A stretch of 64,000 bases of DNA. It comes from an uncultured Gemmatimonadales bacterium. GTDB taxonomy: Bacteria > Gemmatimonadota > Gemmatimonadetes > Gemmatimonadales > GWC2-71-9. This document shows positions 50,785-60,819 of this stretch, piece by piece (within the stretch, counting starts at the first letter, position 1; every line of letters begins with the position of its first letter). Where the stretch lies: the NCBI GenBank assembly GCA_963730185.1, contig CAVSQW010000006.1:416001-480000 (forward strand), in the 5' to 3' direction. The notes under the pieces were generated by a model. That model was not told where the DNA came from. It saw only the letters and a list, made by a program, of their open reading frames with translations, and did no database searches. A program made the position numbers and the translations under genes.

Positions 50785-52554
50785 TCAGCGGGTGATCGGC
50801 ACCACCAGCGCGCTCGGGTGCTCCCGGTCATGATACACCTTCACATGAGCCACTCGGGCATCCTTCACGGTCTCCTCCGCCACCACGCCGCCCCCGTTGT
50901 AGTTCTTCTCGAACTGGGGGCTGTTCGGTGAGCGGATGAAGAGCCGGAGCCGGCTCCCCTTGGCCAACCGCCGGGCAAAGAACGGAAAGTTGACGAAGTG
51001 GTACGGCAGCACCTGGCCCGCGGGCACCAGGTGCGCCACCCGCGGATCTTCCCGGTAGCGCGCCCGCATCATCGAGGTCGTGAGCTGAATGGCGCTGCCG
51101 TCCGGGAGCACCTCGTAAACCGTCACCTGGAAATCGGTGTCGGGCACGTCCAGCGACATCCAGAGGGTGAGGTCGAGCTGTCCCGCGACCTCGGTCTCCT
51201 CGGCGAAGGGCGCGCTGTGGTAGATCACGCCGTTCCCGCTGGTCTGCATGACGGGCCGCTGGTCCGTGAAGTCGATGGCCGAGGGATGGGTCACGTTGAA
51301 GTCGAACGGATACGGGTCGCGTGGGTCGTAGACGTACCCGTCCGGCGCCGAGGCGACCGGGCCCGCTGCCGCCAGGCGGCCGGTGCCGAAGACGTCGTTG
51401 GCCCCGCCGGCGCTCGAGTCGAGATAGTAGGTGCGATGCTCCGTTGGGATCGCCTCGAGGCTGTCGACGTAGCGCCAGATGTCGCCGTGCATGCCGGCCA
51501 CGTAGTAGGCCACCCGCTTGGCCAGGAACGCGGGCCGGGGGCCGCCGCTCATGGTCCAGTCGTACCAGTCTCCGTTGAGCTTGACGATGTCGACCATCGA
51601 ATTCGGCCCGAAGTGGAGGCCCTGGAAGTCCTGGAGGGGCGTCCGGGTCCCGCCATGCTCCCACGGTCCGATCACGAGGTAGATCCGCTGCCGCTCCGCC
51701 GGCGTGGCGTACTTCAGGAACTCTCGGTAGAACTTGAAGGTCCCCAGCTGATCGCCATCGTACGCCCCGGTGATGGTCAGGATCGGCTGCGTCATCTTCC
51801 CGTACTGCTCCGGCGTCGGCGCGGTGGCCTGCCAGTACGAATCGGGCGTCGGATGATCCAGCCAGCGCTGAAAGACGGTCGAGCGGTTCGCGACGATACT
51901 GTCGAGCGAGCGGAACGGCAGTCCGGCTCGATGCATGACCCGGGCGTACCCGGCCCACTGATCCATGTCGCCGAAGATCGTCGGCTGAGCCGCGTGACCA
52001 CTCGTGAAGGTGAGCCACTGCATGATGTAGGTCGTGAAGATGTTTCCTTCCATCGGGAAGTCGTGGCCCAGGTAAGCTGGGGCCACGGGGACGACGGTGG
52101 TAAGGTGCGGCGGGAGCTCCTTCAAGGTCGACCATTGATCGAACCCGCCATAGGATCCGCCCCACATCGCCACCTTGCCGTTGGACCAGGATTGGGTGCC
52201 GAGCCACTCCACGACGTCGTGACCGTCGCGTCCCTCGTTCACGAACGGTTCGAACTGTCCCTCCGAGTTCCCCCGCCCGCGGACGTCCACCGCCGCGAAG
52301 ACGTAGCCGCGGCGGGCCTGGTAGAGGCCCCACTTGTGATACGTATCGGAGATGTACGGGGTGAGGGTGAAGATCACCGGCAGCGGAGTCGTCACGCCCC
52401 GGGGCCGGTAGAGCGTGGCGCTGAGATGGACGCCGTCGCGGAGCGGGATCTTCACGCCCCATTCGATCTCGACCAGCGAGGAGTCGGGCGTCTGGGCCGA
52501 CGCCGGAGCCGCCAGGCCGAGCCCGACGAGGACCAGCGAGAGGAGGCGGGACAT
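50785..52554 (-). CDS. Secreted CocE/NonD family hydrolase
   Basis: Signal peptide, LRDGV.L, TPY, DVRGRGNSEG, GGSYGG, GPWEH. Confidence 0.92.
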   Translation of the reverse strand: MSRLLSLVLVGLGLAAPASAQTPDSSLVEIEWGVKIPLRDGVHLSATLYRPRGVTTPLPVIFTLTPYISDTYHKWGLYQARRGYVFAAVDVRGRGNSEGQFEPFVNEGRDGHDVVEWLGTQSWSNGKVAMWGGSYGGFDQWSTLKELPPHLTTVVPVAPAYLGHDFPMEGNIFTTYIMQWLTFTSGHAAQPTIFGDMDQWAGYARVMHRAGLPFRSLDSIVANRSTVFQRWLDHPTPDSYWQATAPTPEQYGKMTQPILTITGAYDGDQLGTFKFYREFLKYATPAERQRIYLVIGPWEHGGTRTPLQDFQGLHFGPNSMVDIVKLNGDWYDWTMSGGPRPAFLAKRVAYYVAGMHGDIWRYVDSLEAIPTEHRTYYLDSSAGGANDVFGTGRLAAAGPVASAPDGYVYDPRDPYPFDFNVTHPSAIDFTDQRPVMQTSGNGVIYHSAPFAEETEVAGQLDLTLWMSLDVPDTDFQVTVYEVLPDGSAIQLTTSMMRARYREDPRVAHLVPAGQVLPYHFVNFPFFARRLAKGSRLRLFIRSPNSPQFEKNYNGGGVVAEETVKDARVAHVKVYHDREHPSALVVPITR

Positions 52555-52687
52555 GGCACACCTTCCGGATGTTGAGGGACCGGGAGCAGCGGGGACCGCG
52601 TGTGACTGTTGAAATATCGCGCAAATCTTCAACACTGCAAGCGCGACGATCCCGGACGGCGGCGAATCGGCCGGGATCAGGGGGGAC

Positions 52688-55600
52688 TCAGTCGCTGCCC
52701 GGCTTGAGCGCTCGGTAGGCGGTCTCCACTTCGCGAAGCCAACGCTCGAGCTCGACCTTCCGCTCGATTACGTCGCGCCCCAGCCGTTGGTCGGCGATGC
52801 CGGTCATCCGGTAGAGGTACGCCAGCTCGTCGACCAGCTCCGGGGTCGGGTAGCGGACAGATTGGTCGGCGACGAGGCGGGCGTCGAGCGCGGCGAGCCG
52901 CGTCTTGGCGGGGCCGGTCGCGGGCGGAGATCGGTCGCCACGTCGCGGGCCAGGTGCCTGGCCCGGTTCAACAGATCGCGGACCGCCACCGCGGTGCGCT
53001 GCTGGTCCACCAGGTCGGCAACGGTCACGCCCTCCTTGGCGACCCGCGGATCGATCAGGATCCGGAAGGGACGGGTAGCCGACCAGTCGCCGACCGTGAG
53101 CCGGACCTGGTAGCTCCCCGGTGCTACCCAGGGACCGCCGCGCCCCGAACGGGAGGCGTTGGCGTCCCACGGACCAGGAAGCGAGAAGTCCCACCGGAAC
53201 CGATTGTGCCCGGCCCGCTTGGACAGCTGCGGCACGCCGGCCCGCACGAAGAACGGGCCCCGTTCCTCGCCCCGATTCGACGGGGCGGCGGCAGGCGGGA
53301 GCTCGCTCGAGAACGATCGGAGCACGCCCCCGACCGCATCGAGGATCTCGAGCGTTACCTCGCCGGCCGGAGCCGAGGCGAGCTCGTAGTCGAAGTACAT
53401 CCCGGGCGAGGGATAGTCGCTCGGGCCGCCCCGCCCGCCCGCCGCGTAGCGGAGCCTGAGCGCGTTCCGCGGCGTGAAGAGATACGCCGGACCCGCGCTC
53501 GCCTCGGGCCCGAGCTGCTCCAGCGGGGAGAGATCGTCCAGGATCCAGAAGGCCCGGCCCATGGTGGAGAGGACCAGGTCCTTCCGGTGGATCACGATGT
53601 CGGTGACCGGGGTGATCGGGCAGGTTCTGCTGGAACGGCTGCCAGTGGCCGCCGTCGTCGAACGAGACGAAGAGCCCGTAGTCGGTCCCGGCGTAGAGCA
53701 GGCCAGGGCGGTTCGGATCCTCGCGGACCACTCGGGTGGGATCGTCCCCGGGAATGCCGTTCTGGCCGGTCGTGAGCCGGGTCCAGGTCTTCCCGTAGTC
53801 GGTGGTGCGGTAGATATAGGGCGTGTAGTCACCCAGCATGTAGCGGTAGGCGGCGAAGTACGCCTTGCCGCGCCGATGGGGAGACCATTCGACGTTCTGG
53901 ATCCGCCCGCCCGGGGCCAGATCTTTCGGGGTCACGTCGGCCCAGGTCCGCCCGCCGTTCCGGGTGATGTGCACCGGTCCGTCGTTGGACCCCACGATGA
54001 TGGCGCCCGCTTCGAGCCCGGATTCCTGGACCGCGTAGAGCGTGCTGTAATACTCCTCGCCGGTCACGTCGCGGGTGATCGGCTCGCCGGAGATGACCTG
54101 GGTGCCTTCGGGATGGGCGGTGAGGTCGGGCGAGATCCGGATCCAGGTCTTGCCCTCGTCGAGCGTCCGGTAGAGGTACTGCGACGCGTGATACACCGCG
54201 TGGGGCGGGTGGGGCGACACCGCGATCGGTGACACCCGCTGAAAGCGATCCCGCATCTCCTTGGGATCGTGCCCGTAGAGGTCCCGGGCGCCGACCCAGT
54301 AGGCCTGCTCCTGGCCGGTCCGGTCGTCGTAGCGGCCGAACTGACCCTTGCAGTTGGAGTAGACGACCGCCGGGTCGCCCGGCTTCGGGATGGCGGGGCC
54401 GGTCTCGCAGCCGCCGACCTGCTTCCACCAGGCCGCCGGGGTATCCGGCCGCCAATCGGCCGGCGGGAGGCTCGGCACCGCGATGGTGGTGTTGTCCTGC
54501 TGGCCCGCGTAGAGCCAGTACGGGGTCCGGTCGTCGACCGCCACCTGGTAGAGCTCGCCGGTGGGCTGGTTGAGCTGGGTCGACCAGGTCCGGCCGCCGT
54601 CCCGGGTGACGTTGGCGCCGCCGTCGTTCGACTCGATCCAGATCAGGTGGTCGTTGGGGTTGATCCAGAGGTCGTGGTGGTCGCCGTGCGGGGCCGACTT
54701 TCGCCGCCAGGTCTTGCCGCCGTCGCTCGACCCGAAGAAGCCGGTGGTCTCGACGAAGACGGCGTCGGCGTCGGTCGGGTCGGCGTCGATGTTGTCGTAG
54801 TAGAAGGGCCGGTCCAGCAGCGAGCTCTGGGTGCTCGTCAGCGTCCAGGTGGCACCGCGATCGTCGCTCCGGTAGACGCCGCCCTCGCCCACCGGGGCCT
54901 CCACCAGAGCGTAGACCCGGCTCGGGTCGGCGGCCGAGACGGCCAGGTCGCTCTTGCCGATGAGACCCTGGGGCAGTCCACCGGCCAGCTTCATCCAGGT
55001 ATCGCCGCCGTCGGTCGACTTGTAGATCCCACCTTCCCGCCCCCCGCTGATGATCGTCCAGGGCTTCCGCTGCCCGCGCCACATGGTGGCGTAGACCTCG
55101 CGCGGGTTGTCGGGAGCCAGCTCCAGATCGGCCGCGCCGGTGGAGTCCGAGACGAACAGGACCTTCCGCCAGGTGGCCCCGCCGTCGGTGGTTCGGAACA
55201 CACCCCGGTCGGCATTGGGCACGAAGGCATTGCCGATCGCCGCCACGAAGACGATATCTGGGTTGTGCGGATCGACGACCACGGCGCCGATCTGGCCGAC
55301 GTCGCGAAGCCCCACGAAGGTCCAGGTCTTCCCGGCGTCGGTCGACTTGTATACGCCGCGTCCGGTGATCACGTTGCTTCGGATGCCGTCGGAGCCGGTC
55401 CCGGCGTAGACGACCGAGGGATCGGAGTCGGCCACGTCGATCGCGCCGATGGAGGACGAGGCGAAGAAGCCGTCCGAGACATTGTCCCAGCTCTGGCCGT
55501 AGTCCGTCGACTTCCAGACGCCGCCACCGGAGCTGCCCAGATAGAACGTCCCCGGCTCGGTCGCTATTCCGGTCACCGCCGTGGCCCGGCCCCCGCGGGA

Positions 55601-55732
55601 CGGACCGACCAGCCGAAACTGGAGACCCTGGAACAGGGTGCTCGATGGCACCGGCGCTTGCGCGATACTGGGAACGGGAACGGCCAGAGCCACCGTGGCG
55701 AGAGCCGACAAGAACAGGCACTGAGTTCGCAT
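52688..55732 (-). CDS. Secreted BNR/Asp-box (VPS10/sortilin-like) beta-propeller putative glycosyl hydrolase with two compensating frameshifts
   Basis: GPSRGGR and many S/TxDxGxTW repeats. The protein-like frame between ~53617 and ~52922 (TPVTDI...TMGRAFWILDD) differs from the long open frame. Confidence 0.85.
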   Translation of the reverse strand: MRTQCLFLSALATVALAVPVPSIAQAPVPSSTLFQGLQFRLVGPSRGGRATAVTGIATEPGTFYLGSSGGGVWKSTDYGQSWDNVSDGFFASSSIGAIDVADSDPSVVYAGTGSDGIRSNVITGRGVYKSTDAGKTWTFVGLRDVGQIGAVVVDPHNPDIVFVAAIGNAFVPNADRGVFRTTDGGATWRKVLFVSDSTGAADLELAPDNPREVYATMWRGQRKPWTIISGGREGGIYKSTDGGDTWMKLAGGLPQGLIGKSDLAVSAADPSRVYALVEAPVGEGGVYRSDDRGATWTLTSTQSSLLDRPFYYDNIDADPTDADAVFVETTGFFGSSDGGKTWRRKSAPHGDHHDLWINPNDHLIWIESNDGGANVTRDGGRTWSTQLNQPTGELYQVAVDDRTPYWLYAGQQDNTTIAVPSLPPADWRPDTPAAWWKQVGGCETGPAIPKPGDPAVVYSNCKGQFGRYDDRTGQEQAYWVGARDLYGHDPKEMRDRFQRVSPIAVSPHPPHAVYHASQYLYRTLDEGKTWIRISPDLTAHPEGTQVISGEPITRDVTGEEYYSTLYAVQESGLEAGAIIVGSNDGPVHITRNGGRTWADVTPKDLAPGGRIQNVEWSPHRRGKAYFAAYRYMLGDYTPYIYRTTDYGKTWTRLTTGQNGIPGDDPTRVVREDPNRPGLLYAGTDYGLFVSFDDGGHWQPFQQNLPDHPGHRHRDPPEGPGPLHHGPGLLDPGRSLPAGAARARGERGSGVSLHAAERAQAPLRGGRAGRPERLSLARDVLRLRARLGSGRRGNARDPRCGRGRAPIVLERAPACRRPVESGRGTGPVLRAGRRAAAVQAGRAQSVPVGLLASWSVGRQRLPFGARRSLGSTGELPGPAHGRRLVGYPSLPDPDRSAGRQGGRDRCRPGGPAAHRGGGPRSVEPGQAPGPRRGDRSPPATGPAKTRLAALDARLVADQSVRYPTPELVDELAYLYRMTGIADQRLGRDVIERKVELERWLREVETAYRALKPGSD

Positions 55733-55833
55733 GGCGATAATTGGCAAGGAGTTAGATCGATGACCAACGACGCGGCCGCCGGTCGGGCCGGCGGCCTCCA
55801 GCGGGGCACGGGTCCTGCGAGGACGGGGACGAC

Positions 55834-56241
55834 ATGAACAATTTGGTGGCACGATTCGTCGATGGCCGGGTGCTCAAGGGCACGTCGCTTAACGTGGATC
55901 CGACCAAGCCGGCGTTCCACGTGCGGACGCCGGACGGCCCGGTCGAGGTGAAGCTGGCCGACCTCAAGGCCCTGTTCTTCGTGAAGTCGCTGGACGGTAA
56001 CGCCGCCCACGACGAAGCGATGACCCCGACCGACGGCGACCCTCGGCTGGTGGGCGGCAAGCCGGTCGCGGTGATCTTCAAGGATCGCGAGAAGATCGTG
56101 GGGGTGACCAATCGGTTTCCCCCGAACAAGCCGTTCTTCTTCATGCTTCCCATCGACCCGAAGAGCAACAACATTCGGATCCTGGTCAACAAGGGCGCCG
56201 CGATCTCGATCAGGGAAGCGACCGACCTCGCGGCGTCCTGA
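55834..56241 (+). CDS. Conserved hypothetical protein (DUF6982-like)
   Basis: VARF.DGRVLKG, LKALFFVK, V.FKD.E.IVG, SNNIRI; RBS present. Confidence 0.75.
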   Translation: MNNLVARFVDGRVLKGTSLNVDPTKPAFHVRTPDGPVEVKLADLKALFFVKSLDGNAAHDEAMTPTDGDPRLVGGKPVAVIFKDREKIVGVTNRFPPNKPFFFMLPIDPKSNNIRILVNKGAAISIREATDLAAS

Positions 56242-56253
56242 CCCGGCCCGGGG

Positions 56254-57963
56254 CTATTTGCCCTCCTGGAGTTGGCGCTCCCGAATCGCCTTGAATTCGC
56301 TCCCCGGCTTCCAGGCCGGCAGCGTCGCGGCGTTCGCGACCCGGTAGCCGACCGTCATCAGCAGCTGGATGTCCTCCACCGCGCCGGAGAGGTCCCAATC
56401 CGGCTTCACCTCGTCCGACGGCTTGTGGTAGTCCTCGGCGACGTATCGCTCCCGAACCTTCACTCCGTAGTCGGCCGGCTTGCCGACGTAGTCGACCCCG
56501 CTGTCGAGGTAGAGCGCCGGCACGCCCTGCTTGGCGAAGTTGAAGTGATCGGAGCGGTAGTAGTAACCCTTTTCGGGCTCCGGATCCGGCCGGATCACCC
56601 GGCCCTGCTCCTTCGCGGCCGCCTCGACGTAGTCGTCCAGCTCCGAGGCGCCGAGCCCGATCACCGTCACATCCTTGGTCCGGCCGGCCAGGTTGAGCCC
56701 GTCGATGTTGATCGCCGCCGCCGTCTTGGCCAAGGGGTAGAGCGGCGTCACCGAGTAGTACTCCGAGCCCAGGAGCCCCTGCTCCTCCGCCGTCACGGCC
56801 AGGAACAGGAGCGAGCGCTTGGGCTTGGTCGAAAGCTGGGTAAACGCCCGGGCGATCTCGACCACCGCCGCGGTGCCCGAGGCGTTGTCGAGCGCGCCGT
56901 TGTAGATCGAGTCGCCGTTCACCGGGTCGCCCACGCCGAAGTGGTCCCAGTGCCCCATGAAGATCACCTCCTGGCCCGCGAGGGTCGGGTCGCTTCCCTC
57001 GAGCTTGGCGATCACGTTCCGGGAGTCGATGGTCCGGAGCGTGTTGTGGATCGTCATCGACGCCGTGACGCCCAGGTCGGCGGGTTTGAAGTCGCGGGTG
57101 GCGGCCGCGGTCTTGAGCGAATCGAAGTCGAACCCCGCCATCGCCATCAGAGCCTTGGCCTGATCGAGCGTGATCCAGCCCTCGAGATTGGCGCGGCTCA
57201 TGTTCTTGTCGGGCGTGACCAGGTCGAACCGCTCGCTCGTCATGCCCTGCACCACCGCCCAGGGATAGCCGGCCGGCCCGGTCTCGTGAACGATGAACAC
57301 GGCCGCCGCCTTGTGGCGCTGCCCCTGCTCGTACTTGTAGGTCCAGCGGCCGTAGTAGGTCATGGCCTTGCCGCCGAACATCGCCGAATCGAGCTGCGCC
57401 GGGTTGGCCCGGTCGGGCACCGGTGGGTCGTTCACCAGCATGATGAGGGTCTTGCCGCTGACGTCCATGCCCTTGAAGTCGTCCCACCGATACTCCGGCG
57501 CCTCGATCCCGTAGCCGACGAAGACCACGTCCGAGCCGGAAATCCCAGCTCGATCGGCCACGTGCTTCGAGAACGCGGAGACGTCCTTCTTGTACTCGAG
57601 CACCCGGCGCTGGCCGTGCCCCTGGAACACGAGTGAGGTGTTGGGATCGGGGGTGATTCCGACCAGCGGCACCTTCTGGATGTAGGTCCCGTCCGGGTTG
57701 CCGGGCGCCAGTCCCATGCCCTTGAACTCGCGCTCGAGATAGGCCACCGCGCTGTCCTCGCCGCTGGTCCCCGGACCCCGCCCGCGGAAGGCGTCGGAGG
57801 AGAGGATCTTGATGCTGGCCAGCAGGGTGTCGGCCGAGACGGCATCGAGCGCCTGGACCGGGGTGTCGCCTCCGGCGCCCGAGCCCGGACCGCAGGCCCA
57901 CAGGCCGAGCGAGAGCAGCAAGGCCGGGGCGAGCCGGCGCGAAGATCGATGTCGGTACCTCAT
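56254..57963 (-). CDS. M28 family metallopeptidase lipoprotein with PA domain
   Basis: LSSD.F.GR.PG, YYGRWTYKYE, HWDHFG, NGALDNASG, TAEEQGLLGS, RSDHF, YHKPSD. Confidence 0.93.
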   Translation of the reverse strand: MRYRHRSSRRLAPALLLSLGLWACGPGSGAGGDTPVQALDAVSADTLLASIKILSSDAFRGRGPGTSGEDSAVAYLEREFKGMGLAPGNPDGTYIQKVPLVGITPDPNTSLVFQGHGQRRVLEYKKDVSAFSKHVADRAGISGSDVVFVGYGIEAPEYRWDDFKGMDVSGKTLIMLVNDPPVPDRANPAQLDSAMFGGKAMTYYGRWTYKYEQGQRHKAAAVFIVHETGPAGYPWAVVQGMTSERFDLVTPDKNMSRANLEGWITLDQAKALMAMAGFDFDSLKTAAATRDFKPADLGVTASMTIHNTLRTIDSRNVIAKLEGSDPTLAGQEVIFMGHWDHFGVGDPVNGDSIYNGALDNASGTAAVVEIARAFTQLSTKPKRSLLFLAVTAEEQGLLGSEYYSVTPLYPLAKTAAAINIDGLNLAGRTKDVTVIGLGASELDDYVEAAAKEQGRVIRPDPEPEKGYYYRSDHFNFAKQGVPALYLDSGVDYVGKPADYGVKVRERYVAEDYHKPSDEVKPDWDLSGAVEDIQLLMTVGYRVANAATLPAWKPGSEFKAIRERQLQEGK

Positions 57964-58096
57964 CAGGGCACTCCCTGTCCGGTGACGGTGTCAGTCCTGT
58001 CTCGCACTAGCGAGAATATCACGACCCCAGGGACCGGGCGTAAGAGCCGAGGGCCGGTACGACGAGGGCCGGCGGCGAGCCGGCCCCGTCCATCGG

Positions 58097-58234
58097 TCAA
58101 CCGCCGAGACTCGCCGGTGGCTCCACCACATGGTCGTCGGCCGGGGCGGTCAAGACCCGCCAGTAACACCAGAAGGCGAGGCCCCAGACGCACACCAGGG
58201 CCACGGACATGATCATCAGGCCGCCAGTCGTCAT
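58097..58234 (-). CDS. 45-aa single-TM protein, putative NSS transporter small subunit (copy 2)
   Basis: MTTGGLMIMSVALVCVWGLAFWCYWRVLTAPADDHVVEPPASLGG; RBS GAGGAG; 15 nt after the transporter stop. Below the ORF-track length cutoff. Confidence 0.8.
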   Translation of the reverse strand: MTTGGLMIMSVALVCVWGLAFWCYWRVLTAPADDHVVEPPASLGG

Positions 58235-58249
58235 GATCGTCTCCTCTCG

Positions 58250-59848
58250 TCAGCTGCTCAGGGGCAGCTTGCCGTCGAGATCCCGACCCTCCGCGCGCCA
58301 GCGCTGCTCGCCGGCTCGGACGGCGACCATCAGCACGACCACCATGACGCCGATCAGGAGGAGCGCCAGCCGGGTGCCGGTGCTGGCCCAGGCCGCCTGG
58401 AGCGCCCCGATCAAGTTCTGCTTGAGCCAGAGCACGAAGATGATGAGCAGATAGAGCGGGGTCACGTACTTGAGAATGAACTTGAAGAAGCTCGGCAGGC
58501 GGAGAGCCGAGCCGTCGTGCATCTCGTCCCATCCTTTGTCGATCCCGAAGACCCAGCTGAAACAGATGATCTGGACCATCGCCATCACGAAGATGAGCAG
58601 CGTCCCGACCCAGAAGTCCAGCGTGCTCCAGAACGCGCCATCCTTGGTGAACCAGATGGTCAGGATCGAGCCCAGCGTCCCCAGCAGCACCATCCAGGTC
58701 GTGGCCCGGCGGTGGACCATGCCGAACGCTTCCTTCAGGAAGGCGATGGCCGGCTGGTACATCGAGAGCGAGCTCGTGATCGCGGCCAGGAACAGCATGA
58801 AGAACCAGACCGCGCCCATCAGGTTGCCGACCGGACCCATGTGGGCGAACACCACCGGCAGGGTGGCGAACCCCAACGCGAAGGAGCCGGTCTGGACCGC
58901 GCCGATCGTCCCGGCCAGGCCCAGGAACACGAACGAGGCCGTGAGCGTGATCATCCCTCCGAAGCCGACCTCGAAGAGCTCGTTGGTCGCGGCCGCGGTG
59001 AGCGACGACAGCACCACGTCGTCCTTGGGCTTCATGTACGACGAGTAGTTCAGGATGATGCCGAAGCCCACCGAAATGCTGAAGAAGATCTGGCCGGCCG
59101 CCGCCAGCCAGGTGTTCGAATCACCCAGCTTCGAGAAGTTTGGGTTCCACATGTACCCGAGGCCGTTCATGACGCTCTGGCCGGGCGCCGACGGATCGGG
59201 CGTGCCCAGGGTGAGCACCCGGATGAGCACGATCAGGGCGCAGACCGCCATCACCGGCATGGCGATGGTGCAGAACTTCTCGATGCCCTTGGAGAGCCCG
59301 CGATAGAGGAGCACCACGTTCGCGCCGAACACCAGGGCCCAGCACACCAGCGTGAATTTGGGCCCGGTGAAGAGGATGCCATCCTGCCCGGCGCCGGTGA
59401 TGGCGTTGTAGGCGGCGGTCGAGGCGGCGGTCTGGTCGGCGATCGACGCCGCGCGGTCGATCCCGACGCCGCCGGTCAGGTACTTGATGAAATAGGCGAC
59501 GGTCCAGGACTCGATGAAGACGTAGTAGAACGCCACCGCGAGCGGGATCAGCGCCCCGATCACCCCCAGGTAGCGCCAGAGGCTTCTCCCGCCGATGACC
59601 CCCAGCACGCCCGGGGCCGAGTGAAAGCCCCGCTTCCCGGCATAGCGGCCCATGGTCCACTCGGCCCAACCGATCGGGATGCCCAACAGGAGGAGCGCCG
59701 CGAAGTAGGGGATGATGAATGCCCCACCGCCGTTCTGGGCCGCCTGACCCGGAAACCGGAGAAAGTTCCCGAGTCCCACGGCCGACCCGGCGACCGCCAG
59801 GATCACACCGAGACGGCTACCCCACTGCTCCTGTTGCTCAGAGGCCAT
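58250..59848 (-). CDS. Sodium-dependent transporter, NSS/SNF family (LeuT-like)
   Basis: WGSRLG.ILA.AGSAVGLGNFLRFP...NGGGAF.IPY, AAAGQIFFSIS.G.G, FLAAITSS. Confidence 0.95.
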   Translation of the reverse strand: MASEQQEQWGSRLGVILAVAGSAVGLGNFLRFPGQAAQNGGGAFIIPYFAALLLLGIPIGWAEWTMGRYAGKRGFHSAPGVLGVIGGRSLWRYLGVIGALIPLAVAFYYVFIESWTVAYFIKYLTGGVGIDRAASIADQTAASTAAYNAITGAGQDGILFTGPKFTLVCWALVFGANVVLLYRGLSKGIEKFCTIAMPVMAVCALIVLIRVLTLGTPDPSAPGQSVMNGLGYMWNPNFSKLGDSNTWLAAAGQIFFSISVGFGIILNYSSYMKPKDDVVLSSLTAAATNELFEVGFGGMITLTASFVFLGLAGTIGAVQTGSFALGFATLPVVFAHMGPVGNLMGAVWFFMLFLAAITSSLSMYQPAIAFLKEAFGMVHRRATTWMVLLGTLGSILTIWFTKDGAFWSTLDFWVGTLLIFVMAMVQIICFSWVFGIDKGWDEMHDGSALRLPSFFKFILKYVTPLYLLIIFVLWLKQNLIGALQAAWASTGTRLALLLIGVMVVVLMVAVRAGEQRWRAEGRDLDGKLPLSS

Positions 59849-60000
59849 TCGAGTTTCCGCGATCGAGTAGGGTTCGTCGTGCGCCGCGGGCGTCCCGACC
59901 CGCGAGACGCCCGGACTGGATGACAGCTGAGGAGGACCACTCCGCGCCCCAAGGTACGGCTGGCCCAATGCCCCGTCAACCGAACCCGCAACCTCAAGCA

Positions 60001-60038
60001 CGACACGGGGATCGGACAGACTCCCGATCCCCGTGTCG
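60001..60038. other. Perfect 15-bp hairpin between the small-protein gene and the NSS transporter
   Basis: CGACACGGGGATCGG-acagactc-CCGATCCCCGTGTCG; no clear U-tract. Confidence 0.6.
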
Positions 60039-60058
60039 GCACCTGGGCCCTGGCCCGG

Positions 60059-60196
60059 TCAGCCGCCCAGACTGGCCGGCGGCTCCACCACGTGGTCGTC
60101 CGGAGGCGCGGTCAGCACCCGGTAGAAGCACCAGGCAGCGAGCCCCCACACGAACCCGTTGGCGACCAGCATGATGATCCAGCCACCCGTCGTCAT
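60059..60196 (-). CDS. 45-aa single-TM protein, putative NSS transporter small subunit (copy 1)
   Basis: MTTGGWIIMLVANGFVWGLAAWCFYRVLTAPPDDHVVEPPASLGG; RBS AGAGGT; 35/45 identical to copy 2. Confidence 0.8.
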   Translation of the reverse strand: MTTGGWIIMLVANGFVWGLAAWCFYRVLTAPPDDHVVEPPASLGG

Positions 60197-60345
60197 GGGT
60201 GACCTCTGTCGGCGAAAGGTTCGTGAGGACTCGGCGTCGGAGGACGGCCTGACGACCGTGGCCACCGGAATCCAGATCGGGGAGGGACGCGAAGCTTACG
60301 GGCCATCCTCACGCGGGTCAACGGACCGCCTATTATTGGGCCGCC

Positions 60346-60702
60346 ATGCCAACCTCCCACCGCTCGACCTCCGGCGCCGCCCGAACCACTCCCGGGGCGA
60401 CGGCCTACCAGCGGATCTACGCCGTGGTCCGGAAGATCCCGCGAGGCCGGGTGGCGTCCTATGGACAGGTGGCCCGGCTGGCCGGGCTCGCCCGCCAAGC
60501 CCGCCAGGTCGGCTACGCCATGCACGCCTTGCCCCAGGGCACCGCGGTGCCGTGGCATCGGGTGGTCAACGCCGCCGGCGAGATCAGCCGCCGCGCTCGA
60601 GGCGCCGGTGAGCTGGAACAGCGCGGCCTCCTCGAGCGCGAAGGCGTCGAGTTCAGCTGGCGGGGGCGAATCGACCTGGGCAGATTCGGCTGGAAGCGCT
60701 GA
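60346..60702 (+). CDS. Alkyltransferase-like protein (ATL, MGMT family)
   Basis: IPRGRVASYGQVA, ARQVG, PWHRVV (Trp in place of the catalytic Cys). Confidence 0.9.
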   Translation: MPTSHRSTSGAARTTPGATAYQRIYAVVRKIPRGRVASYGQVARLAGLARQARQVGYAMHALPQGTAVPWHRVVNAAGEISRRARGAGELEQRGLLEREGVEFSWRGRIDLGRFGWKR

Positions 60703-60819
60703 CCGCCAATCCACCGGGAGGGCCGGATGAGGCCGAAATCAGGAACACCACCCGGTGACCACCTTCCGCTGCGCCCGCGGCGGCTACCTCTAGGCCTGCG
60801 CCATGCGCAATCCTGATCG

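Noticed and set aside
60346..60702. MGMT homologue with Trp instead of the catalytic Cys as a novelty
   Set aside because: PWHRV is the known signature of alkyltransferase-like (ATL) proteins.
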